Part shown: positions 23,935 to 35,497 of the stretch, piece by piece
Position numbering within the stretch: position 1 is the stretch's first letter
How the letters are laid out: every line of letters starts with the position of its first letter
Source: Tubulanus polymorphus
Taxonomy: Eukaryota; Animalia; Nemertea
Assembly: GCF_964204645.1 (NCBI RefSeq)
Contig: NC_134025.1
Coordinates: 28,500,299 to 28,564,298 of the forward strand
Length of the DNA stretch: 64,000 nt
Reading direction: 5' to 3'
Translations under genes and position numbers: made by a program
The notes under the pieces: model-generated
What the model was told of the DNA's origin: nothing
Databases searched by the model: none
What the model saw: only the letters and a program-made list of their open reading frames with translations

Positions 23935-25801
23935 CTAATCAAAGAACTTTCGATTTGGATTGGAACCGAATAGAGAATTTCGAATCTCGGGAAGCATCTG
24001 TAAAATAAAACAAATACACATGTTTAACACTAACTCAAGATTCAATCAATATTTATCATCCAGATGGACTTGTCTACAAAACCAGTCCTGGTAGAAGAGT
24101 CTAGTTTATTATCCTTACCTGGCCACTCATTAGCTCTAACCTCTTGTCTAAGGTATTCACAACTTTGATTTTGCCTTTATTTGCAAGAAGGATAACTCCA
24201 CCGGATCTGAAAACAAATAAACATGTGTATTTGGCACTGTCAATAAAGTGCTTCAACATATCGGGTAGAAAGTATTGGAAGAGGATACATACGTTTCAGA
24301 CCCTAAGAAGTTTTCTGTATCCATGCTGGCTTTCACATCTTTTTTGATTAGCTCTTTACATTTATTGATAGCAGCTGGTAAACAATCCTACAATTCAACA
24401 ATAATTAAGGATCATTCATTTGATGTAGGAGGCACTATTTAAGAAGAGAAGATGAAATGAAATATTTGGTCCATTTAACCTGGAACCATGCAAACCATAA
24501 TTAAGATTTTACTTAATTCGAAGAAATCTTGGCAGTCCCTTAGTCACTTGAATCAAATGCGTTCTACTGTAGGAATAAATACTGATAGTGCCTACTTACT
24601 CTAACTATATTCAGATCTTCTTGTCTGCATTGAACCGATACTTCATCTTCACCCAACTTACACAAGCCCTGTTTAAAAAATCAGATATCATAAGCTGATT
24701 GAATATTACCATACCTAGCATGATAAGTTCTTTATTCAAAACAATTATGAATGAATCGTATACCTGACTTATAAGACCTAAAAGAACTGCTTTGTATTTA
24801 TTCTTATCATTAGCTATATGAACAAGTCTGCAGCGGGCATCTTCAATTACATTCTGAAACAAGGCAAAATATTCAAAACATTGAATCATTAACGCAACTA
24901 AATTCTGAGCCATGGTTAAAAGGCAGAAATTAGCAATGTGTCATTAATAAAGACTTGAGGAAAATCCACAATGACTTGAAGAATAACTAAAATTCTCTGT
25001 TGCAACTAAAAACCATTATTACGGAAAGATAATGGTTTTGGTTGAAGAATTAAGATTAATGTTTTTTTGCAATGAGAAAATCTTTTTTTATTGTGGGTTC
25101 ATAGTTATCTATATTACCTGGATATGTTCCTCTCTGGCTTTCAGTATCTTCAACCTCGCTTGATTCAACAAGTTTGAATTTTGTCTAAAATGAAGATTAA
25201 CAAATAAAAATCATCATATTTGACAATTAATTACCGACGGAAAAACGCTGTCTTCTTACATTTTTTTCTGAAGTTCTACTTGTTTTTCTTTCCTTTCATA
25301 AAACTCCATGATCTTCATTCGTTGCTGTTGAACGAGTCGCCCCTTTTCGATATTGAACTCTTCCTCAGCCTTAGATTAGAAAACAGAACATCTTATCATC
25401 AAGGTAAAATAATAGGTAGGCTTTGACATCTCATGATCACGACACCACAGGCTGCACAGGCACAGATCATGAATAATTGACAGCTACAATAATACAAACC
25501 TTAGCATCAATTTCTTCAGCTTTTTCATTAGCCTCCTGATCTATGAAGGCCATCATATGCTGAATCTAAAAAGAGAGAATTATAACATTCATAATATAAC
25601 AAAAAGCAAATGATTCATAGTGAAGCAGGGGCCGTAGTTTACACAGACTACACGGCAAAATCAGAGAGAATTTACATATTACATGTACCTTTCAGGTCAA
25701 CTATTTGCATTTCTACGATAATCCAATTACCCAAAATTGATTGAATAGAAATATAAGAAAATAATTACTTGTTTCTGCACATCTTGATCGCTTAACGGCA
25801 T
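23935..25801 (-). CDS. ATP6V1E1: V-type proton ATPase subunit E
   Basis: About 9 exons: [11 protein letters not shown] | [22 protein letters not shown] | [36 protein letters not shown] ... [28 protein letters not shown] | [20 protein letters not shown]. Confidence 0.95.
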
Positions 25802-26098
25802 CTTGAAGCTTTAGAAAATGATGGAATTCGTATGTGAAATTATTCTAATTTTGACACTTCCTAGGCGCTGACCGAAAAATCATGTGACTTACTGGTTGTT
25901 TCTAAAATGCGGGTTCCGGACTTACGTACGCACAGATCTCGTCCGGTACACGAGTCCGAGGCCAACGCTCTGGGATTCCCACCTTGGCGGTGACGTCAAT
26001 GGGAAAGCCCGATTGGTTCTCGCATTGAAATCCAGACCAGGATATCACGAATACTGATAAGTTTCCGAGTGATTAACACCAATACAGATAAAAATCAG
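25802..26098. promoter_or_regulatory. Bidirectional promoter ATP6V1E1 / BCL2L13 with M-box (TCATGTGAC 25880-25888), CRE (TGACGTCA 25991-25998) and CCAAT (attgg ~26012)
   Basis: Head-to-head genes within ~300 bp (putative BCL2L13 non-coding exon ends cag|GTAGGT at 26098); CpG-rich; motifs seen directly. Confidence 0.65.
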
Positions 26099-26489
26099 GT
26101 AGGTGCACATTCGACTAAAGCAGTTAAGGTGTGTTCAATTCGATTTCTAGCGTTTTTGAAGCACTCGACCATCAAAATCGGTGAAAGATTTCGGGTCGAA
26201 CTCAAACTCAACGTTTTAAAAATTAAATTTCGAAATCGGCAAAAACCGGCGTCATAGACATAGCATTTTCGGTCCAGGCGATTTCGGCCCTAATGTCGGG
26301 TTCAAAGACATATGATATAATTTACGAACTATTCATTGGAAGTTAACGGGATTATTAGTTTCGTTAGAAGCAGGAAGCTATTTGTTGCTTTCATATCAAT
26401 ATCATGCCTGGATTGTCAAAATCGGATGAGAAATAACGAAATAGTAAGCGACTGAAGTTGAGTAGTTTGTGAGCGTCGTTAGCCCCCTT

Positions 26490-26570
26490 GTTATTTTATA
26501 TATACTATGTACATTGGATTAACAGATTATCGTTTTTACATTACCTACAACTCTGATACGAGCCCCTGTG
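26490..26570. mobile_element. Second, single-arm copy of the 12669-12846 MITE
   Basis: gttattttatatatactat..acattggattaacagattatcgtttttacattacctacaactctgatacgagcccctgtg nearly identical to 12766-12846. Confidence 0.8.
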
Positions 26571-26619
26571 ATTTGATTGATTCCTATTTCGATGTTTTAC
26601 TTTATTGTTTAATTTCAGG

Positions 26620-29354
26620 ATGGCTGGCAGTGTTAGTGAGGGTCAGAACGACGAATACTTCTACGAAACGAAGGCGTTAGTGCTTCAGTATCTCGGCCTG
26701 GTTCCGGGGGCGTTATCAAATTTGAATTATGAGCAACTTGACCTTTCAGCATCAAGCAGCGTGAACGCTGTAAATCAGTCTTCTAGAAGCATATCCGATG
26801 ATGATACTTCGTCTTTACGAAGTTCCGTTGATTACCGAGAATTTGAATCGAGACCCGATGAAGTCGATGGCAATTATCCTCGGACCAGCTCGGCGAAATC
26901 ATCCCCGCAAAAACCGTGTTTTAGGTCGACAGTGACGTCTCCGAGTTCTCCTCTTTACCTCGAAGGTCAATGCGGTAAAGTTTGCGATTATGGAGAGCCA
27001 AAGCAGACTGTAATGATTGGTGATAATGTGAGAAATGATGCGACTAAACGACGATCATCCGAAGGAATTTCTATTATAGATTCTTCATTAAGTCATGTAA
27101 ACAATTCGTCAGTAAATGAATCGACTGATAGTAGTAGATTCTATACTCCCGACCGACAGATAAGCAGTAGCTATAGCGAATCATTTCTAAGCGCTGAAAC
27201 CACGTTAGTTGATACTCCGACGTGGCGTTCTACTGAGAGTCTATCGTCGAATAGCGGTCGACGTCGAAGAGTGAGTCGTGAAGAACTGAGTTCTAACGTT
27301 CAATCCGACGGAGTCACTCGCTTAATGAGAGATGAATTATCATCGCCGCAGAGGAGGAGACACGCTGCGTCCGATCCTGTTTATCACACCGGTCAACCAA
27401 TCGCTGACCGGTCAAATCTATTACTGAATTTACAACCTACATGCGCTCAGGCTCAATCACCTGACTGCGATATGGATCGTGGAGCTTATTTAGAGTATCT
27501 TCAAAATGAGTTCGAAGAAGGTAATCTTTTTGTGACATAGATAATGGTGATTTTACTAGTCAAACTCGCTCGAGTCATTGAAGTTGGGACGACCATTTGG
27601 TTGACGATATACTTTTTAAGTAAATTGAATTGCGAATACAAATTAGGTCCCAAATATAGAGATGACTTCAGTGATGACTCAATCGAGTTCAACTGTATAT
27701 GAATTCTTAACTTTCATGTATATTTCTTCTAACTTCAGTGAAAAGACTCCAAACGCCCAACTCTATCACTCCGATTGCTGATGTGCTTCAAAGTCCAGAA
27801 GCGGAAGTAGCTAAGATGTTGGATTCTATATCGGCAGAGGTGATGAAAACATACGGAACTAGTATAGATGAAGCGACCAGACGCGTTCTGAAAGAAAGCA
27901 TGGTTCAAATGACGTACGAAGATTTCCGGAATGCCGGTGATAGTTTACTGGTTCGTGCCCCTCCTGGCATTCATCGGGTGAGTTTTGAATGTATCATATT
28001 GAATTGAATGTCCAAAATTTCAGATGTGAAACACCTATGATGTTTTTGAATCTATTTTCAGATCAGTCTAGCTCTGTGCTTTAGTCGGCAGATCGCCAAC
28101 GCAATGCTGCAACGCGGTGGACAGAGTCTAAGAAGCGTAACTGATTTTTCCGTTCAGTTTGTCGCGAATACTGCTGCTAATTTTATACTGGAAAGAGGAG
28201 GATGGGTATGTATTCTGTTGTATGTAATATTTATGTGGTGTAGAGATTTTTGGTGGTACGTTTACCCTAGTGTTATGGTGTTTAACCCAACAATTGCACG
28301 AATTCAAATTGGAATCGACCTCGTATTAAACGTGTTTCCTCAATAGATGCCAAGGGCCAAATTATTTGTGTTTATTGTTGTAGAATCTGCTCATTTTGCT
28401 GATTGCATTTTCAGTTAACTACTTTACAAACATTTATCCGTGGACATATATAGTGTAAAAACTTGGGTAAGTGCATGCATTGCCCAATGATCATCAGTCA
28501 TCTCTCTAGATTCGGAGCTTTTGTATTAGTCTTGATCATTGATTGCTTAAATTGGTGATTGGTTGTTTGTTTGCATGCAAATCAGTTGACTATGTAATGT
28601 ATTGCATTGATTTCCTTATTCATCATCATCAATATCACGGATGTATAGAGGCCTGGAAGAGGCCTATTTGTTTCTGGCTCGTTTGGTGATTAATACTGGT
28701 CTAGGTGACAGGGTTTCTTTAAAAGAACTCTCTCATATTGAAATGATATTAATTTCATTACGATTTATTGGAACTTATCTGATTTTTCATTGATCTTTTA
28801 TTCAAATTATCCAACCATTTACCTAACTATTTCATTTCTAAATCCAGCCTTTCTTTTTCAGTCAGCCTGTGGTTTTGTTTTGGATAAGAATTTGACAAAT
28901 ATTGATTTAATTTCAATTTTCTGTACCTCTGGTAGTTTAAAAGGGAATAACTGTGGACATATTTTCTTTTCAGAACTCAATAACTGATTTAGAGTTTGAG
29001 TCCAGTCCTGATTCACCATTCCCACCGGATTCAAACTTGTCATTCCCACCGATTCCAGACACAAGGTCACAACCAAGCATTACTAGTAATTCATCTGGTG
29101 CAACTCTATTAGCGCAGGATAGTGAATTAACTGAAGATACAGTTGGAGATTTACCCTCCGTTTCTAATATTGATACGTTAAATGAAAGTACTCGGAGTCG
29201 TGTATCTGATGTTTCTAATTTATCGGCTGCTGAATTAACCGAAGACTACCAGGAAGTAATGAATTCCTATGTGCAGTGGGGTTCTGCATTTATAGGTGTA
29301 GTAGCTGTTGCTATTGGTGTTAGTTTTGCAATTTATCGCAGTCACGATAGATGA
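26620..29354 (+). CDS. BCL2L13: Bcl-2-like protein 13 (Bcl-rambo)-like, tail-anchored
   Basis: Exons 26620-27520, 27739-27977, 28062-28205, 28974-29354. N-terminal YFYETKALVLQYLGLV resembles vertebrate FHYETKYVVLSYLGLL; core MTYEDFR...VTDFSVQFVANTAANFILERGGW (BH2-like); C-terminal TM FIGVVAVAIGVSFAIYR; synteny with ATP6V1E1. Confidence 0.85.
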
Positions 29355-29668
29355 TAAGAACTATATCTTCACAAAAAAGACCTACAGATACCCTAGAGAT
29401 TGTTATTCATTCTGAATGTTGTGCGATTATGTGTTAATTTTCTTTTGAAGTATTTTGTTGAAATTGTGGCAAAATAAATTATTTTTAATGCTTAATTAGA
29501 TGGCGTTTCTTGGTGAATATCTTTAAACAGAGCTGAGAGGATCGGAGAGAATCAAGCCGATTCTATATAACATTTGAAGTTTGCAGGGCACTCTGCCTAA
29601 GGACATTTCAATCTCATACAAATTTGCTTTAAAACTTGAAAGGGTTAATCAAACTGAAAGCTAAACCT

Positions 29669-29898
29669 GGTGGCAGCACCATACGGTCTCCTAGCGGTAT
29701 TTCTGTGAACTAATGCAGCGTTCGGGCTAAACCAGCCGGGGAAGTTAGGTGGTACTCATTGGTGTTCAGCTCTATATTGTCAATATCCATCATATTTGCT
29801 TTTCGAAAAGTGTTCACGGTTGGGTAAACGAATACACAGCCCGCGGTATTATATTAGTTCACAGAAATTCCGCTAGGTGACCGTACGGTGCTGCCACC
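29669..29898. mobile_element. MITE-like element with ~46-bp terminal inverted repeats, 100 bp upstream of ACAD8 start
   Basis: ggtggcagcaccatacggtctcctagcggtatttctgtgaactaat ... attagttcacagaaattccgctaggtgaccgtacggtgctgccacc. Confidence 0.7.
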
Positions 29899-29997
29899 GG
29901 AGTCCCACACCCTTCACTTTTTATTACAATCCCGATAAACAATTTTTCCTAATACTTCTAATACATCTGCACTAAACATATTTGTCTTATTAGTGAA

Positions 29998-32240
29998 ATG
30001 GCTTGTTTTCTGAAAAATATTGGTTTATTGCGCGTATCTGGTCGATATGCACGACTGATTACTATCAATAATCGATCACTTTCATCATGTATTGATCGTA
30101 AGTAATAATTGATTACAATAAACAACCTGTTGATTGAGGCTGGTCCACTGGGTATTATATAACTTGCCATCGAAGATGCGACCCATTTATGCGGCCCTCA
30201 TTATCAATATCTTAAGAACTCACTTTTCATTTTTAGCCTCAACTGGTTTAACAGATGAACAGAAACATATTCAGAAAGTTGCAGATGACTTCGCCAGAAA
30301 CGAAATGGCTCCTCATATGGCAAAATGGGACCAAGAGGTATTATTCTAGCAGCAATCTTTGAAAATCGTTTTACTCCTCATCCTCATTGTCAAACGTTTA
30401 ATTTCAATGGACTTTTCTCTACAGGAAATCTTTCCAAAAGACTTATTCAAAAAGTGCGGTGCCCTGGGGTTTGGAGCTATATATTGTAAAGAAGATCATG
30501 GAGGAACTGGACTTTCACGATTTGATGCTACGGTTATTTTCGAAGCTATGTCTCGTGGTTGTGTTTCTACAACTGCGTATGTCAGTATTCACAAGTACGT
30601 TGAAAAATCGCTAAAAATCAGTGACAATTTTTCCATTATTTTAGATAATTCTGCTTCATTCTAATCTACTTTCCAGTATGTGTGCATGGATGATAGATAA
30701 GTTCGGCTCTGATGAACATAGAAATCGCTGGATTCCTAAAATGAATGCTATGGAATTACTGGGGTCATACTGCTTAACTGAACCAGGTTTGTAAAAAGCC
30801 TTTACATCATCTTTTAAATGTGCTACATTATTTAATGTTTGTGTTTTATAACTTTATTTAGATAGTGGCAGTGATGCTGCATCACTTCAAACTACTGCCG
30901 TAAAAGATGGTGATCATTATATTCTCAATGGAACTAAGGTAATGGAGAGTTGTAGGGTTACAAACCAATAAACATGAGTACTTTGTGGATTATTTTTGTT
31001 TTGTTAGAAATAAGAGCTTTCGCTACTTGTGAATAGTTGCTTCATTGGGTAGTAAATGAACGTTTACATATTTCTAATAAAAGTTTATAAAGTTAACCTC
31101 GAGTACTACCTGTCTTCAGGTGCAATGTTAAGAAATTCTTTCAAGGATGTTTTGTAATCTAGCATTGATTATTATTGTGTTTTTTGCTTTATATAATTTA
31201 GGCATTTATCAGCGGAGGAGGAGCAACTGATGTTTATCTGGTAATGTGTCGAACATCTGGTAAAGGACCAAAAGGAATCTCATGTATTCTCGTCGAGAAG
31301 GACACACCCGGCCTTCAGTTTGGTAAAAAGGAGAAAAAGGTCCGTTAAGTTTTTTGACATTCAAATATAACTCCCGAGTCATGCCCATACATGTATTTGA
31401 ATAATTTGAAATATATTTGAATTATAGATTGGTTGGAATAGTCATCCTACACGTCAGGTTATTCTAGAAGACTGTAAAGTTCCGGTTAGTAATATACTCG
31501 GTGAAGAAGGCGGTGGATTCAATATAGCTATGCACGGCATTAATGGTGGTCGTATCAATGTAGGTATGTAGCGAGGTAAAACTCGATTGACTTTTCAAAA
31601 ATGATCAGTTGTATACATCGTATATGAACTGGCATATACTACATGTAAATTTGTTTTCTGTTCTGCAGCTGCATGTTCACTCGGAGCAGCACAAGCTGCT
31701 ATTGAAGCCGCCGGTGATCACTTGAAAGTGCGAAAACAGTTCGGCAAACCGCTGAAAGACTTTCAGTATTTACAATTCAAGTTGGCAGACATGGCGACTA
31801 AAGTTGTGACGTCGCGATTAATGGTACGGAATGCAGCTGAGGCTCTTCAGAATGGTTCTCCTAACACTGTGTCATTGTGTTCTATGACTAAATTATACGT
31901 CACTGATGCTTGTTTTGAGGTAAATACTCGCTGCTTAAAAGAGTTCACTAGCTCCGTGTGGGAAATGTTAATACTTATATCATCTCTCTTTGTAGGTTTG
32001 TAATGATGCTTTGCAGATGTTCGGTGGATATGGCTTCCTAAAGGATTATCCCGTGCAACAATATGTAAGGGATATCAGGGCCCATCAAATAATAGAGGGT
32101 AGGTTGATTAATAGCGTCATTATGTATTTCGCGGTGAAGTTGATGAAAGGATAATTAATGATGTTCAAAAATTTATTCATTTTGTTTCAGGGAGTAATGA
32201 AATTATGCGGATGCTTATTGCAAGAGATGTTTTGAAATAG
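29998..32240 (+). CDS. ACAD8: Isobutyryl-CoA dehydrogenase, mitochondrial
   Basis: About 10 exons; presequence then [143 protein letters not shown]. Confidence 0.93.
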
Positions 32241-33298
32241 TTTGCGATTTATAAATACCTATGTATTTTGTGGGAGTGATGAATTTGTGTAGGGAACTGT
32301 GATAACTAGAATCGTGTTATTAACCTGGTTTATTGATATTTTATAGGAGTTACTGAATGTACGTAACTCACTCTAATAACTCTTCAACTGTTCTGATTCT
32401 GAAATTAAATGTTTTAAATGCACAAAGCTTTAAGCGTCAAAGCTATTGACCAAGTCTATTCGGCATATACCAAGGTGCATTATAGTTCTATTGTACAACA
32501 TGTATTGAATTTAATAAATGGTCTTTTTACCTGAATCCATTAGTTTATTGGTTTACCTCAGATAATCTGAAGCATCTGATTTGTTGAAAAGTTGTATGCG
32601 ACCTATGAGGAGCGAGGCATTTGTCTTTGTCATCCAGGGTGTTTCAAACAATGTCTGTATGCATGAAGTACCGGTATTATTTCTTGTCGTCATCAAGAAA
32701 TCTCGGGAGGAAAAACTGGAAAGTTAGTGCCCAGTATGCAATAAAACTACCATAGAGAAATACCAGGTATCTGAATCCTAAATACAGAATATAGACACAA
32801 AATCTACAGCACAAATATTTTTATTTTTTTCAACTCTTCGAGTGCTTACAACATGGATAAAATATGAAAATGCAAGTTGAGATCAGATTGTGTCACTAGT
32901 TCTCCATTCGATTTCAATTAGATTTATCTTGACTATAACACAAAATTAATATCTCTTGAGTATTATTCAGTAGATTGATTTTTATCACACAAGTACAAAG
33001 TACACGCAAGCAGGAGGTTGTTGCTGTGGATGGTATTTTAACGCTGGTGTTGAGGAATGTCATAAGCAGGATGATGTGCTTACAGTTTACTACACCACAC
33101 ATGTACTTCATTAAGTCAATAAACTTCTCAAGCGTAAACTAAGTTTCCAGTGACACACCTGGTTTTATACATAGATTGAAGAATTTCGTAGTCGGTCAGA
33201 TCACTAGTAAAATGCATTACGCGCCCAAAATAAAGAATCTAGCACCGCGAGACAATGAAATATACAGCTGTATTTGGCCCAGACAAACGGAAGATGAT

Positions 33299-33299
33299 C

Positions 33300-33330
<31 letters not shown>
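33299..33330 (+). repeat. (AAT)n microsatellite
   Basis: About 10 copies seen directly. Confidence 0.9.
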
Positions 33331-33717
33331 TCCAGCTTATAAAAATCAAAATTCTTTTTACGTACGTAATAAAATATTTCTACCAGCATTCATGATGAAT
33401 AAAATAAAAACAAATTAATATAAAAATATTAAATCATAAAGTAGTTGTTTAGTTAGTTATTGACATGTACATGTACATGTTAAATGACAATAAATAAATA
33501 GAATTCTTTGATTTTTGTTGCTGTAAATGCACAAATCTATGCGCACGAAATCTGTTTCCTTGATACTTAAAGCTCAGCTTTGAAAATATATAAAACAATG
33601 AAACTATATACACAACAAGTGGAGTTAATTAGCTAAGAGGTTTATGTTATATTAAGACATTGATTTGAATCTACGTGGGGTTCTTTAACCTATACCCATC
33701 TTAGGGATCAATAATTG

Positions 33718-35497
33718 TCAGTGGAACCTGTACTGTCTTGCTGGTTTTAAATTCACGTATGTCTTCTTCTGGTCTTCATCTTCTTCTTTCTTAATTTCGG
33801 TGAATCTTTCACCTTTAGTAGTGACGATTCGACCGTCCAAGTAACGAACCATCTTCTTTGGTTCCTATTAATTGAAGAATTGAAAGATTGTTTTAGAAAA
33901 AGCTAGCTATGGATGAATGGTGCTTCAAGAAGTAACTTACTTTCTTCACAGGTGGTGGTCTAAATGTCTTCTTGTCTTCATCGAGATCTATATAGGAATA
34001 TCTGAAATAAACAATTCACATCATTAGAACACATCAAGTTCGATCAGTTAACAATAGAACAGTGATTCGTACTTCTGCACAATTTGATCTTTCACGCATT
34101 TATCGTCCAACACTGCGGAACCTTTCTTCTTCAGACAATGAGAAGGTGGCTGTAGTAAAGACAAAAAAAAACCTTATCACACATTCACCAGCGCTTTTCA
34201 TCGCGTTCTTTTAATCGGAAAATAATAATTACGTTTTTAGGGATCGAGACAGAATTCTCTTTAGATTCGTCGGGAACGAGAAGCATCTGCGCGGCAGCTT
34301 CGACATCGCCGTCGGTTACGCAGAGACAATGACGCACCTCGAGAGCACACGCAGCTGGAAACATCTCTAACAGAACCTGAATCTGTGTTTCATCACAACT
34401 ACTACCAGTACTTAACTTACTCTGTAAATATACATCATAACATTCAAGTCTAGATCTAGAAATCTCAAAAAAAAAACCCTGACTATTCCCTGACTTTTGT
34501 CTAGAAAGGAATTTAAAAAAATCCCTGATTTTTCCCTGATTTCGAGGTGAGAGGCCCTGTTAGTGAAATGAAATCCAATAAATTGGGAGGGCACTGTAAT
34601 TGGGTGCGAAAAGATAAACCCACAATATACAAATTTAGAATATTGAAATCTATTCAAGAATTAATATAACAATTTTAAAGACACATTTCAGACTCTCTCT
34701 CTAGAAACCAACATCATATTTTAGGTTTTTATCCCACATCTGAGTATACAGGTATTCAAAGCTGTAAACAAAAAGTTCAGTCATGACTTACGACAGATGA
34801 AGATGTCGATCCAGTCGATGATTCTGAGAATGTTCTCGCTTGATGATTAACACCTCGTTCAGGCGGAAGAGCGTCTGGTATGTAACTCGATAGCAACTGC
34901 GGTGGTTTATTTTCTGTAAGACAGTGTACCGTATAAAAAAATGAAAAGATATCGCAATCGATTCATTGAAAATGTATTTCGAGTAAAACGTACCATTTTC
35001 CCTGCGACCCGACAACTGAGCCGACAGCTCAAACATCCATTCACAAATCGCCACACTGTAAAGATATGAACAAATACATAAAGATATATGTATTATTCGA
35101 GCTCTGTTTAAATTCAATGGCATAACATAAACAGTTCCTCAACTGGTATCAGTACTAACCTACTGATGTTTTCAAAACCCGGTAGATAGGCGTTCATCAT
35201 TTCAGAAAATTCTTCAACATCGAAAGCTTCTTCAATGACGTCGTTATTTCCGAGGTCTTCCAATATACTGACGACGTACGACAAAACGATTTCATCGATA
35301 AATCTATGTAGAAATTGATTAACAATGTCACAAACAACGGATCAAAACATGTACGAGAATGTTGTGTAAATCGACGATAAGCGGAGGTTTTAACCACAAC
35401 CACCGCGTAAATCGAAAACTACTCACATTTCAGTGATATTGTGAGCATGTAGGAAATTTGAAAGCGAAGCTTGAATTACGTGTTCCTTGTTATCCAT
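33718..35497 (-). CDS. CUEDC2: CUE domain-containing protein 2
   Basis: [16 protein letters not shown] | [17 protein letters not shown]...[17 protein letters not shown] | ... CUE-like [34 protein letters not shown] | ... [21 protein letters not shown]...[16 protein letters not shown], matching the recalled CUEDC2 N- and C-termini. Confidence 0.9.
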
